Assembly: GCA_045646945.1 (NCBI GenBank)
Contig: JAZRLS010000045.1
Span: 3,128-67,127 of the forward strand
DNA from: Eubacteriales bacterium
Lineage (GTDB): Bacteria > Bacillota > Clostridia > Oscillospirales > CAG-272
Direction of reading: 5' to 3'
DNA: 64,000 bases
A program made the translations under genes and the position numbers. Shown here piece after piece: positions 37,015 through 47,288 of this stretch; position 1 is the stretch's first letter; each line of letters opens with the position of its first letter. The notes beneath the pieces are model-generated. The model had not been told where the DNA came from, made no database searches, and was given only the letters and a program-made list of their open reading frames with translations.

Positions 37015-40000
37015 TTATCGGTCTGATCTGCGGCAGATCGGTTTCATTTGACAATAGGCGCAAGGATCCTGTCCGGGACATTCGGTGGGCTTTGGCTCAG
37101 CGTTACCGCCAAGAAGCTCCTTGGCAATGTTCTCTACCGTTGTTTCGATTTGCTGATAGAGATCCTCGAATGCTTTCTCCGAGAAGAGTGCTTTTCCAAC
37201 CAGATCTCCTTCTTTGTTTTTTTTGATGCTTGCCAAAAATTTGGAAGAGAGCTCATGATTCATTGCCAGTAAAATATCTTCGTCCTCTAAGAGCAGACCG
37301 CTTCGCTTGAAGGCATCGGTTGCTTTTTGAAGGACCGTTTCTTCGGTATCGTATTCTTCCGCCTCTATCACGGGGAGATTGGCAGAGAGATAAACGATCC
37401 CCGCAGGCTTGGGAGATTGTTCTTCTGAAAGACCAAGGTCACGGGAAAAGTCGGAGTTTGCGCTATGACAAAGCGCAAAAAGATACAGCAACATTTGAAG
37501 ATTGATTCCGTAGGGAATCTCATCCAGAGAAAAGAGCTTGCTTCCCGTTTTGTAATCGACAATACGGAGATAGATTTCTCCGTTTCTTTTTAGAAGATCC
37601 ACACGGTCAACAATTCCGGAAAAGCTAACGCGAAAGCCGTCGGACAACACAAATTCCATCGGGGGCGGATTTCCGTCTTTTCCGTCAATGGGAAGTTCAA
37701 AGAATGCGGGGGTGAAATCGCTGTTCGAAAATTCTTCCAGAATATTTTCAAGCATCAGCACCGCAAGGCGTTTGAGTCGAATGTAAAGATGGCGCAAGCG
37801 CGGGGATTTCATTTCGTTGTCGGGGGTGATTTTGGTAATATATTCTTCTACGATGGCTTCGGTTTGTTGTAACAGAAGTTCCTTTGGGGGAAAGACTCCG
37901 TTCTCGGAATGTTCTACTGCAAAGCGAAGCAAATGTTCCAAAATATAGTGGATAAAGCTTCCCATCACTGAGGTTCGGAAGCGTGCTTGCTTTTGCTCGC
38001 GAAGAGCCAAAACATAAGTGCAGTAATAGTTAAAGGGACATTTTACGTAAGATTCGAAACGGCTGGAAGAAAGTCGAAGTTCTTTCGTGTGAGCGAGCGG
38101 AAGATGATCTTGATCCACCCTACACTTCGTATTCGTTACAGGAGAATCAGCAAGTGTTGCCACGTCTGACAGATACGGAATCAGTGCTTGCTTGAGTGCT
38201 TCGGTATCCTCTTTGTTGGCAAGGGTACGAAGATGCGTTGCCGCAATGCGCGGTGCTCCCGTGAGATAGCGAAGATTCTCGGAAGAATATCGGTGGGGCT
38301 CAAGATTTTGAAAGAGAGTCTGAACACGGCGGAAAGGAAGCGACGGTGTGCGAGGTTGTCCGTTCAATTCTGCCACAGAGGTAGAAAGAAAGAGTCCGTG
38401 GGAGGGAGCAGAAAAAGCACGGTGTACGTACATCAGTTCTTCGGAAGAACGGGTGTCGGCATCCGAAGATAGCTCAATGCCCAACGAGGAAAGCGTGCTT
38501 CGTTCGGCGGAGGAAAACAAGCCGTGATCATTGATGGCGGCAGGAAATTCTCCTTCGCAAAGTCCAAGCACAAAAACGTATTTGGGGTTAGAAACACGAA
38601 GTGTTGCCGCCGAACCGATCATTACCTCGTCAACCGAAGTAGGGATGGTTCCAATATCCATCTGAGAGAAGACGATTTGCAGGATCGTTGCAAATTCTTC
38701 TGTGGAAACCTCTTCTTCAGGCATTGCGGCGGCAATATCGGCAAGAGTATTTAAAATCACACCGTAAAGAGAGAGGAGTTCTTTGGATTCTTTTCGATGA
38801 CCGCGAGAAAGTTCTTCCTTGGCAAGAAACTGTAATTTTTCTTCCAATCCAATCTCTTGGAGATATTGGTAGACACACCGACACTGCTCGGGAATATTTT
38901 TGGAAGCATCCAAAAGAATAAAAAAGCGTTCAAGAATTTCAGTTAATTTTCTTCGAATATCATTTGCTTCCCGCAAAATTTCCTCTCCACGCGGCGAAAT
39001 TCGATCGGTAAATCCGTCGGGATTCATCGTCCAATCTCCTTCGGTGAAGCGATTCTTGGAAAGGTTCCACGTGCTTACATATTCTTCAAAGAGATCGATC
39101 GAACGGTCAGAAAAATGATACAGTCCTGTTTTAATATGAGAAAGGACATCGATTTTTTGCCAATGATATTGTTTGATTCGAAGTGCCGAAAGCAGAAGCT
39201 TTATCGGGGCAAGAGAACAAAAATCGGTTTTTTCAGAAAAGAAATAGGGAATTTCGCTTTTTGAAAAAGCAGTGTCAATGATTCCTCGATATTTTTCGGG
39301 ATCTCTCATCAATACCGCGATATCGTGACAACGTTCTCCCGAACGCAGTAATTCCCAAACGTGTGAGGCTACGGCATCCACCTCGGAATAAGGCGTGTCG
39401 CAAATTTCCACACGAATACTTCCGTCTGAATATGCTGCTTGTTCCGACGCATCCATACGCCATAAATTTTCGGACAAATAGGTCAAGGAAGGAGACGTGG
39501 TACGGAGATTGGTTCGCAAAAAGATCTCGTGATGCCCCCCGTGTAATTCTGCCGAACGCTTCAGATGAGAGAGCGAGTGGCGAACACTTTCGGTGCCAAG
39601 CTCGTTGGTGTCGGGATGTGATAAAGGAACGGTAACGGTGACGTTTTCTGCTTGCGCGAAAATGCGCTCAATGATGCGATGCTCCATCGCGGTAAAGGAG
39701 GTGAATCCATCAATATAAACGGTTGCTCCTTCAAAAAAATTATGTTCTTTGAGTAAGTCGTAAAGACGAGCCAAATCATCGGAAGAATCACTGTAGTTTT
39801 GGGATACCAATCTGTCAAAGGCGGAAAAAATCAGAGAAAGGTCGAGCAATCTTTGACGTAAAGGATCCTCTGGGGAGAGTTTGTTTGCAGTGATCTCAAG
39901 CTCTTCCGCCGTGATTCCGTTGGCTTTGCATTCTCCCAACGTTGCTAGCATCATATCACATAGAGAAGAGGGATCGTTTTTGGCAAGCGCACCGTATTCC

Positions 40001-40311
40001 GTCAAAAGCGGTGCAAGCTCGCGGAGATTTTGCCACATTAACAAATGTCGAATTGGCTTGGTGATATAGCGGTAACTAAGTCCACCGTATTCACGGCAAA
40101 CGCAATTATAAAGACGGGAAAAATTTAAAACCTCAAGTGTTAGCTGAGAAGACGCAGGGAGGAGATCCAGCGTACGTCGTTCGGATTGCACGGCATCTTG
40201 TTCGGGGACGATCAAGAAGGTATGAATCCCTGCGGAGGTATCCTTTCTGATCGATGAAATGACCGATGACGTTTTTCCGCACCCGTATGATCCGTAGAGC
40301 AACGTAATCAT
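37015..40311 (-). CDS. addB: ATP-dependent helicase/nuclease subunit B
   Basis: G..G.GKT, IVPEQ, DGFTSFT, KCPF, GIVDRVD, IVDYKTG, LQM..Y and C-terminal CxxC...C Fe-S ligands. Confidence 0.93.
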   Translation of the reverse strand: MITLLYGSYGCGKTSSVISSIRKDTSAGIHTFLIVPEQDAVQSERRTLDLLPASSQLTLEVLNFSRLYNCVCREYGGLSYRYITKPIRHLLMWQNLRELAPLLTEYGALAKNDPSSLCDMMLATLGECKANGITAEELEITANKLSPEDPLRQRLLDLSLIFSAFDRLVSQNYSDSSDDLARLYDLLKEHNFFEGATVYIDGFTSFTAMEHRIIERIFAQAENVTVTVPLSHPDTNELGTESVRHSLSHLKRSAELHGGHHEIFLRTNLRTTSPSLTYLSENLWRMDASEQAAYSDGSIRVEICDTPYSEVDAVASHVWELLRSGERCHDIAVLMRDPEKYRGIIDTAFSKSEIPYFFSEKTDFCSLAPIKLLLSALRIKQYHWQKIDVLSHIKTGLYHFSDRSIDLFEEYVSTWNLSKNRFTEGDWTMNPDGFTDRISPRGEEILREANDIRRKLTEILERFFILLDASKNIPEQCRCVYQYLQEIGLEEKLQFLAKEELSRGHRKESKELLSLYGVILNTLADIAAAMPEEEVSTEEFATILQIVFSQMDIGTIPTSVDEVMIGSAATLRVSNPKYVFVLGLCEGEFPAAINDHGLFSSAERSTLSSLGIELSSDADTRSSEELMYVHRAFSAPSHGLFLSTSVAELNGQPRTPSLPFRRVQTLFQNLEPHRYSSENLRYLTGAPRIAATHLRTLANKEDTEALKQALIPYLSDVATLADSPVTNTKCRVDQDHLPLAHTKELRLSSSRFESYVKCPFNYYCTYVLALREQKQARFRTSVMGSFIHYILEHLLRFAVEHSENGVFPPKELLLQQTEAIVEEYITKITPDNEMKSPRLRHLYIRLKRLAVLMLENILEEFSNSDFTPAFFELPIDGKDGNPPPMEFVLSDGFRVSFSGIVDRVDLLKRNGEIYLRIVDYKTGSKLFSLDEIPYGINLQMLLYLFALCHSANSDFSRDLGLSEEQSPKPAGIVYLSANLPVIEAEEYDTEETVLQKATDAFKRSGLLLEDEDILLAMNHELSSKFLASIKKNKEGDLVGKALFSEKAFEDLYQQIETTVENIAKELLGGNAEPKPTECPGQDPCAYCQMKPICRRSDR

Positions 40312-40438
40312 ATAAAATCTCCTTTCTTCTTCCTGATAAGAATTTCATCATAACATACCATTATTATAACAAAAAAATGTCTAAAAAACAAATAAAATTT
40401 ACTTTTATTTGAAATTTTTTTGCGGAAATTCAACAAGA

Positions 40439-40482
40439 GTTACATAATTCTTCAAAAAACGGTCACAATTAAGTCTTATAAT
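40439..40482 (+). promoter_or_regulatory. htrA promoter with OmpR-type direct repeats
   Basis: GTTACA (40439), CTTCAA (40450) and GTCACA (40462) at about 11-bp spacing; TATAAT at 40477-40482. Confidence 0.5.
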
Positions 40483-40518
40483 GTAAATGAGTAAAAATAT
40501 CTTTTGGGGGGCGATTTT

Positions 40519-41868
40519 ATGATGAATGAACAAAACGAAAACAAAAATACCGAACTTGACCCCATTCAGGAAGAGAAAAAGGAGTTTGGCGATGTTGTGG
40601 AAAACGTTCAAGAGAGCAAAGAAGAAAACGATTGGCTCATGGAAGATAAAAACCAAGGAGATGGCAAAGAAACGGAAAATTCTTCGCAAGAAGGGGAAAC
40701 TCCTGCAAGCGAAGCAGAAACAACTCAAGAAGATACTGTAGAAGTCGATCCGTGGGAATCTTTCGACGATTCTACGGAGGTACGCGAATGTTCGTGCCAA
40801 TATGAGCCGCCGTATGGGGAGCCTGTTTCTTCCGATTCTGCGACAGAAAAGAAATCGAAAAAAGCGTCCAAAGGATCTAAGGGTTTCGTGGCATTGATCA
40901 TTTCGATTGTCATTGTTCTTTCGTTTGTTGCAGGCGCGGTAGCGGGACGCTTGATTTCGGATGATGAGAATCGCTTCCCAACGCTTGCGGGAAGTAACGG
41001 TTCCGGATCGCAAACGCACTCGACATTCGCTGCGGTGGTGGAAGAAGTTGCAGCTTCTGTCGTTGAGATTGAAGGCTCTGGCAGTGGTGTAATTATTGAT
41101 CAGCGCGGATATATTCTTACCAATGAACACGTAGTCAGTGATTTTGTTGCCAATGATCTCAAAATCACCGTGGTTTTGCACGATGGAAAAACACAATGTG
41201 TTGCGGAATATGTGGGAGGCGATGCCAAGTATGATGTTGCCGTTTTGAAGATAGAAACGTCGGCGTCGCTTTCGGTGGCAAAGATTGGAAAAAGCTCGGA
41301 TCTGAAGGTCGGCGACGAAGTGCTTGCCATCGGAAATCCTTTGGCAACGCTGGGCGGTACGGTAACCAACGGAATTATCAGTGCCAAGGATCGCCAAATT
41401 CGTGTAGAGAATTCTTTGATGACACTTTTGCAGACAAACGCGGAGATCAATCCCGGAAATTCGGGCGGCGGTCTTTTCAATATGTCGGGCGAACTCATCG
41501 GTATTGTCAACGCTAAGCAGTTTGCTACCGGAATCGAAGGCCTTGGTTTTGCCATTCCGATTGATCTTGCGTGGGGCTATGCTCAAGATATTATGGAGTA
41601 CGGTTATGTCACGGGAAAGCCGTATATCGGAATTTCTTTTGTTGAAAATAGCAAGGGCGGTGTTTATATTACCTCTAGTACGAATAAGCTTTTGAAAGAA
41701 GGCGATCAGATTTTAGTGATGGACGGAAATCCCATCAATAAAATCAGTGATATGTATCCTGTCATTGACAGTATGAAGGTGGGCGACGTGATTGAAATGA
41801 CCGTTTTACGCGGCGGTGAGCGACTGACCCTTGATATTGAAGTGGTGGAATATAAGCCTGCGGAATAA
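40519..41868 (+). CDS. htrA: HtrA/DegP family serine protease with PDZ
   Basis: GSGVII, TNEHVV, DVAVLK and INPGNSGG; acidic cytoplasmic N-terminus plus TM. Confidence 0.92.
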   Translation: MMNEQNENKNTELDPIQEEKKEFGDVVENVQESKEENDWLMEDKNQGDGKETENSSQEGETPASEAETTQEDTVEVDPWESFDDSTEVRECSCQYEPPYGEPVSSDSATEKKSKKASKGSKGFVALIISIVIVLSFVAGAVAGRLISDDENRFPTLAGSNGSGSQTHSTFAAVVEEVAASVVEIEGSGSGVIIDQRGYILTNEHVVSDFVANDLKITVVLHDGKTQCVAEYVGGDAKYDVAVLKIETSASLSVAKIGKSSDLKVGDEVLAIGNPLATLGGTVTNGIISAKDRQIRVENSLMTLLQTNAEINPGNSGGGLFNMSGELIGIVNAKQFATGIEGLGFAIPIDLAWGYAQDIMEYGYVTGKPYIGISFVENSKGGVYITSSTNKLLKEGDQILVMDGNPINKISDMYPVIDSMKVGDVIEMTVLRGGERLTLDIEVVEYKPAE

Positions 41869-41890
41869 AACCATAGAAAAGGAAACGGAA

Positions 41891-42580
41891 ATGTATCATA
41901 TTTTAGTGGTAGATGATGAGTCCAGAATTCGCTCCATCATAAAAAAATATGCGGAATTTGAAGGGCATACCGTGACCGAAGCGGCAGATGGAATGGAAGC
42001 AATTCGCCTGTGCCGTTTGCAGACGTTCGATTTAATCGTGATGGATATTATGATGCCGGAGTTGGACGGATTTTCTGCTTGTCGGGAAATCCGAAAGAAC
42101 TCGCAAGTTCCGATTATCGTACTTTCTGCCCGAGGGGAGGAATACGATAAGATCAATGGATTTGAAGTTGGGATTGACGATTACGTTGTTAAGCCGTTTT
42201 CTCCGAAGGAACTGATGCTTCGTATTGAAGCGGTGATGAAGCGCATAAGACGAACTCCCTCCGAAGAAACCAAAAAAGAAAATTTGGTCATCACGTTAGA
42301 TAACGGCGGACTTCGTGCCGACGTTACGGCGAGACTTGTCTTTATTGACGGAGAACGGATCGAAATGTCTCCCAAGGAATACGATCTTTTCTTCTATATG
42401 TTGGAAAATCGAAACATTGCACTTTCCCGTGAAAAACTGATTAGCGACGTTTGGGGATATGACTTTTTCGGAGACGTCAGAACCTTGGATACTCACATTA
42501 AACTGTTGAGAAAAAGCCTTGGACGTTATGCGAAAATGATTGTGACGCTCAGGGGCGTCGGATATCGATTCGAAGGATAG
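41891..42580 (+). CDS. OmpR-family response regulator
   Basis: ILVVDDE, DIMMP, DDYVVKPF, RTLDTHIK.LR and RGVGYRF. Confidence 0.95.
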   Translation: MYHILVVDDESRIRSIIKKYAEFEGHTVTEAADGMEAIRLCRLQTFDLIVMDIMMPELDGFSACREIRKNSQVPIIVLSARGEEYDKINGFEVGIDDYVVKPFSPKELMLRIEAVMKRIRRTPSEETKKENLVITLDNGGLRADVTARLVFIDGERIEMSPKEYDLFFYMLENRNIALSREKLISDVWGYDFFGDVRTLDTHIKLLRKSLGRYAKMIVTLRGVGYRFEG

Positions 42581-42584
42581 GAAA

Positions 42585-44147
42585 ATGATGGGTCAATCGA
42601 AAAGAAATCACATCGGTATTCAATGGAAAATGTACGCGATCCTGATTGTTTTTGTCGGATTGATCATTGGCGTTATCTGGTTTTTTCAGGTGCAGATGAT
42701 GAACTATTTTTATCAGGCAACGCGCTTTAATGAATTGGAACTCTCCGCAACTAAAATTTCAGCGGATTTGGGACATCCGAATCGATTGGAAAGTGTGACA
42801 GCCGAGTGTGCTTCGGAGTATTATGCCGATATTTGGATTTATCAGGTAAATTCCGATCAATCTGCAATATTGCTGCATACCGAAAAGGGGAGCGGAGAAT
42901 GGAAGGTTCCTGTGATGACACAGAATTTTTCTGAGCTCTATGAAAAAGCAAGCAACAACGGCGGGCGTTATGTGGCAATGCTTTCCTCGGATGATTTTTA
43001 CGGAAAAGAGGAATGGGTTATTCTTCAGGACAATGAAGGTTCTCCGTCCTCGGATCCTATTTTCTTGAATAATTCCGTGAGAAGTACGGCAATTTACGTG
43101 GAGATTGATCGTGTTGGCAGCTCGGAATATTTGATTGTTCAGATGACGCATTTGACGCCGCTTCGAGCAATGGTCAAGACCTTGCAAAACCAAGCCCTAA
43201 TTATCGGGTTTGTTTTGGCGGTATTGGCACTTTTGATGGCTTGGATCATTTCTCGATTGATTACGAAGCCGTTTTTGAAAATGAACTCCGCTGCAAAACA
43301 ATTGGCGCAAGGATACTATGACGTCAACTTTGAGGGAAAGGGGTATCGTGAGATCAACGAGCTTGCGGATACGCTCAATTATGCGGCGCACGAATTGGCA
43401 ACGACCGACCGATTGCAAAAAGAATTGATTTCGAATGTTTCTCACGATCTTCGCACTCCGCTGACAATGATCAAAGGTTATGCTGAGGTTATGAGAGATA
43501 TTCCCGGGGAAAATACTCCCGAAAACGTTCAGATTATTATTGACGAAACAGCGCGACTTTCAGAGCTTGTGAACGATATGTTGGATCTTTCTCGGCTTCG
43601 TTCCGGTGTAAGAAAGCCTGAACAGCAGACCTTCAGCTTGACGAAAACGGTTCGAGATACGCTATTGCGCTATGAACGCTTGATCAAGCAGGATGGGTAT
43701 CGCATTGAGTTCTTTGCAGATGAAGATGCGATCATTTTTGCCGACCGAAATATGATTCTTCAAGTGGTTTATAATTTGATCAATAACGCGATTAACTATA
43801 CGGGGGAGGACCGTCGAGTCGTCGTTCGCCAGGAGATCATAGAGAATCGTGTGCGTATTAGCATTATTGATACGGGAGAAGGTATTTCCGAGGATCATCT
43901 TTCGATGATATGGGAGCGATATTATAAAGTGGACAAGGTTCACAAAAGAGCCACCGTTGGAACGGGATTGGGGCTTTCGATTGTCAAAGGGATTTTGGAA
44001 CTTCATCATGCCAGCTACGGCGTGAAAAGCACGCTTGGTAAGGGGTCTGTGTTCTGGTTTGAATTGTCTTGCCGCAATGCTTCCGATTCTTCTTTGGGCT
44101 ATTCCGACTATATTGAAGCAGATTATGAAAGACTAGAGAAATCATGA
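42585..44147 (+). CDS. HAMP-domain sensor histidine kinase
   Basis: Two TM segments, SHDLRTPL, NLINNA, DTGEGI and GTGLGLSI. Confidence 0.95.
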   Translation: MMGQSKRNHIGIQWKMYAILIVFVGLIIGVIWFFQVQMMNYFYQATRFNELELSATKISADLGHPNRLESVTAECASEYYADIWIYQVNSDQSAILLHTEKGSGEWKVPVMTQNFSELYEKASNNGGRYVAMLSSDDFYGKEEWVILQDNEGSPSSDPIFLNNSVRSTAIYVEIDRVGSSEYLIVQMTHLTPLRAMVKTLQNQALIIGFVLAVLALLMAWIISRLITKPFLKMNSAAKQLAQGYYDVNFEGKGYREINELADTLNYAAHELATTDRLQKELISNVSHDLRTPLTMIKGYAEVMRDIPGENTPENVQIIIDETARLSELVNDMLDLSRLRSGVRKPEQQTFSLTKTVRDTLLRYERLIKQDGYRIEFFADEDAIIFADRNMILQVVYNLINNAINYTGEDRRVVVRQEIIENRVRISIIDTGEGISEDHLSMIWERYYKVDKVHKRATVGTGLGLSIVKGILELHHASYGVKSTLGKGSVFWFELSCRNASDSSLGYSDYIEADYERLEKS

Positions 44148-45016
44148 AAAGAATAATACCCAATACTACCATATTGAATATTTTGCGCTGTCCTATTTGC
44201 CAAGGAAGCTTTTCTCTTCGCGGGGCGGAGCTTGAGCGGGGAAGTGTTAGCCTGATTTGCGATGGTGTGCGAAAGCACTGTTATGACCTTTCTGCCAGCG
44301 GATACGTGAATTTTATGCCGCCGGGGCATACTGACGGAGGAGATTCCAAAGCGGCGGTACGGGCGCGCACCGATTTTTTGAATACCGAGCTTTACCGTCC
44401 CGCAGCGGACGCATTGGCAGAGCTGCTCAAAAAACATCTTTTGCCGAGCGACGGAGTCGTTTTGGATGCGGGCTGTGGCGAGGGATATTACACCGAAATT
44501 TTGGCAAGAAAAGGATTTTCCTGTCTTGGCTTTGATCTTTCCCGCGCGGCGGTCGATGCCGCGAGTAAGCGTATGGCGCGCGGAGAACACGATACGGTTT
44601 TTTTTGGTGTGGGTAGTGTGTTTGAATTGCCCGTAGCGGACAACTCGTGTGCGGCAATCGTGAATATTTTTGCCCCTTGTGCAGAAAAGGAATTCTTACG
44701 CGCACTTCGTTTGGGCGGTATTTTACTTGTTGCCTATGCGGGGCCTGAGCATTTGATGGGTTTAAAGCAGGCAATTTATGATAGCACCAAGGAAAACGAT
44801 ACCAGAGCAGACCTTCCCAAACAAATGAAGAAGATTGATGAACTTCGAATTCGATACTCAATCTGCGTGACGAGCGAAACGCAAATTCAAAATTTATTTG
44901 CGATGACACCGTATTATTGGCGGACATCTCCTTCCGATGCGGAAAAGCTTCGTGGATTGAATGACCTACCAACCGAAGTAGATATGATCTTTTCGGTGTA
45001 TCGGAAGGACGAATAA
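44144..45016 (+). CDS. RlmA-like 23S rRNA m1G methyltransferase
   Basis: CPIC..C..H Zn finger, GYVN, LDAGCGEGYY and MTPY. Confidence 0.85.
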   Translation: MKRIIPNTTILNILRCPICQGSFSLRGAELERGSVSLICDGVRKHCYDLSASGYVNFMPPGHTDGGDSKAAVRARTDFLNTELYRPAADALAELLKKHLLPSDGVVLDAGCGEGYYTEILARKGFSCLGFDLSRAAVDAASKRMARGEHDTVFFGVGSVFELPVADNSCAAIVNIFAPCAEKEFLRALRLGGILLVAYAGPEHLMGLKQAIYDSTKENDTRADLPKQMKKIDELRIRYSICVTSETQIQNLFAMTPYYWRTSPSDAEKLRGLNDLPTEVDMIFSVYRKDE

Positions 45017-45024
45017 GGAGAAGT

Positions 45025-45750
45025 ATGCAGATTTCGATAATTATTCCTATGTATAATGAGAGTCGTGTCATTGAAAAGACTGCTCGAACGCTGTCATCTT
45101 ATATGAGTGAGCACTTTTCTTCGTATGAGATTTTGTTTTCCGACGACGGTTCTACGGACGGCAGCGGAGATCTTGTTCGTTCCTTACATCTTCCGTGTGT
45201 ACGAGTGATGGGAGATTCTGAAAATCATGGAAAAGGGTTTGCTGTTCGTAATGCAATGCTTACAGCGGAGGGAGAACTTGTTCTTTTTACCGATGCCGAT
45301 CTTGCATACGGCACGGAGGTGATTGGTCGTATTTATGATTTTTATACCGCGCACTCGGAAACCGTACATCTGATTTTAGGTTCACGAAACTTAGACAAAG
45401 ACGGATATGATGGCTACCGCCCCATACGAAAGCTGATGTCAAAGCTGTATCTTCGCGTGCTTGGATTTATGGGTGGATTTCGACTTTCTGATTCTCAGTG
45501 CGGATGTAAAGCATTTTCTCGGGAGGCGGCAAGAGATATCTTTTCTCGATGTGAGGTGAACGGATACGCATTTGACTTTGAGGCAATTCTTTGGGCAGAG
45601 CAATTGGAATGGAACATTTCCGAATTCCCTGTCAAAGTCATTTGTCATGATGAGTCGAAAGTTCATATTTTTCGGGATTCTTTTCGAATGCTTCGCGACC
45701 TTCTTAAAATCCGAAAACGAATTTATGCAACAGTGAAAAACCAAGAATGA
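45025..45750 (+). CDS. GT2 polyprenol-phosphate glycosyltransferase (ALG5/DPG-synthase-like)
   Basis: IIPMYNE, DDGSTD, NHGKG.AV, DAD and DSQCGCK. Confidence 0.88.
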   Translation: MQISIIIPMYNESRVIEKTARTLSSYMSEHFSSYEILFSDDGSTDGSGDLVRSLHLPCVRVMGDSENHGKGFAVRNAMLTAEGELVLFTDADLAYGTEVIGRIYDFYTAHSETVHLILGSRNLDKDGYDGYRPIRKLMSKLYLRVLGFMGGFRLSDSQCGCKAFSREAARDIFSRCEVNGYAFDFEAILWAEQLEWNISEFPVKVICHDESKVHIFRDSFRMLRDLLKIRKRIYATVKNQE

Positions 45751-45757
45751 ACGATGC

Positions 45758-45790
45758 GGTCGGTAGCGGTTCTCGCTCCGACCGTTTTTT
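45758..45790 (+). terminator. Intrinsic terminator
   Basis: CGGTCGG...CCGACCG followed by TTTTTT. Confidence 0.75.
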
Positions 45791-45895
45791 GTAAAAAAAT
45801 TTCAAGAAAAAAGCAAAAATCTGAAATTAACTGTTTACAAATAACCAAAAATGTAGTAAAATATATATAGTATGTTTAGGAAAGGCAGTTTTACG

Positions 45896-46615
45896 ATGAT
45901 GCAGACTTCAACACCTAAGTATCGCCGAGTGCTTCTCAAACTTTCGGGAGAGGCTCTTTCGGCGAAAGAAAAAGGAATTTTGGACTTTGATTTTATTGCT
46001 TCGATTGCAGATGTTTTAAAAAAATGCGTGGAGCAGAAGGTTCAGATTGGAATTATCGTTGGTGCAGGAAATATCTGGCGCGGCAGAGCCGGGGGACAGA
46101 TGAACCGTGTTCGCGCGGACAGTATGGGAATGCTCGCAACGACCATCAATGCGATCGCCCTGCAGGATTCTTTTCTTGCGGAAGGTCTTCCCACAAGACT
46201 GATGACAGCAGTCGAGATGCAACCCTTCGGAGAGCGGTTTGCTGCGAAAAATGCAGTGGAGGCAATGGAGAACGGAGAGATCGTGATCTTTGGCGGCGGT
46301 CTTGGTTCCCCCTATTTTTCAACCGATACGGCAGCGGCACTCCGTGCGGCGGAGATTGAAGCCGACGTAATTTTGATGGCAAAAAATATTGACGGAGTAT
46401 ATTCCGCCGATCCTCGCAAAGATCCTACGGCAGTACGTTATGACGAGTTGACCTATAAGGAGATTCTTGAAAAGGAATTGAAGGCACTCGATCTTACGGC
46501 GACGACGTTTTGTATGGAAAACGATATTCGTGCATATGCGTTTGAACTCAAAGACCCGATGAATATTTACCGTGTTGTGATGGGTGAGCGCATTGGAACC
46601 GAAATTCATCGCTGA
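45896..46615 (+). CDS. pyrH: UMP kinase
   Basis: RVLLKLSGEAL, GAGNIWRG, PYFSTDTAAALRA and DGVY..DP. Confidence 0.97.
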   Translation: MMQTSTPKYRRVLLKLSGEALSAKEKGILDFDFIASIADVLKKCVEQKVQIGIIVGAGNIWRGRAGGQMNRVRADSMGMLATTINAIALQDSFLAEGLPTRLMTAVEMQPFGERFAAKNAVEAMENGEIVIFGGGLGSPYFSTDTAAALRAAEIEADVILMAKNIDGVYSADPRKDPTAVRYDELTYKEILEKELKALDLTATTFCMENDIRAYAFELKDPMNIYRVVMGERIGTEIHR

Positions 46616-46657
46616 TGCGATTAATAATTTTTGAATGATTTACATACGGAGGATATT

Positions 46658-47212
46658 ATGAAACTCAATACCAAAGATTTTGAAGAAAAAATGAAAAAAG
46701 CTCTCTCGGTTTACGAGGAGAATCTTGGCAGTATTCGTGCAGGACAGGCAAATGCGGCTGTCGTTTCCAAGGTGAATTTTGAATACTGGGGTGCCCCTAC
46801 TCCTTTGACATCGATGGCAGATGTTCGCGTAGCAGATGCCAAGACCTTGACGATTACTCCCTATGATGCAAGTACCCTCAAGGAAATGGAAAAGGCAATT
46901 TTGGCATCTGACGTTGGAATTACTCCTACCAATGACGGTAAGGTGATTCGCCTTGTGTTCCCGCAGCCGACCGAGGAAAGACGCCGTGAACTTGTCAAGC
47001 AGGTTCAGAAGATGGGTGAGGATGCGAAGGTCGCGATTCGAAACGTTCGCCGTGATGCCAACGATCTTTGCAAGAAAATGAAGAAAGACGGCGAGATGAC
47101 CGAGGATGAGCAGAAAGCTTCCGAAAAGTCGGTACAGGATCTGACCGATAAGTACATTAAAGAACTTGACGGTATTACTGCGAAAAAAGAAAAGGAAATT
47201 ATGCAGATCTAA
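46658..47212 (+). CDS. frr: Ribosome recycling factor
   Basis: IRAGQAN, P.NDG..IR, TEERR..LVK and KVAIRNVRRDA. Confidence 0.97.
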   Translation: MKLNTKDFEEKMKKALSVYEENLGSIRAGQANAAVVSKVNFEYWGAPTPLTSMADVRVADAKTLTITPYDASTLKEMEKAILASDVGITPTNDGKVIRLVFPQPTEERRRELVKQVQKMGEDAKVAIRNVRRDANDLCKKMKKDGEMTEDEQKASEKSVQDLTDKYIKELDGITAKKEKEIMQI

Positions 47213-47288
47213 CCTCAAAATCGTTGTATTTTTGATGAAGGGGCGGGTTTTTTGCCCGTCCCGATTTTTATGAAATGGAGTGACCTCA

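Noticed and set aside
40405..41586. Long antisense ORFs (also 1664-2569, 18490-19563, 19699-20730, 29693-30592, 48673-49797, 55824-56756)
   Set aside because: They lie opposite well-conserved genes and are explained by codon bias; they have no recognisable domains.
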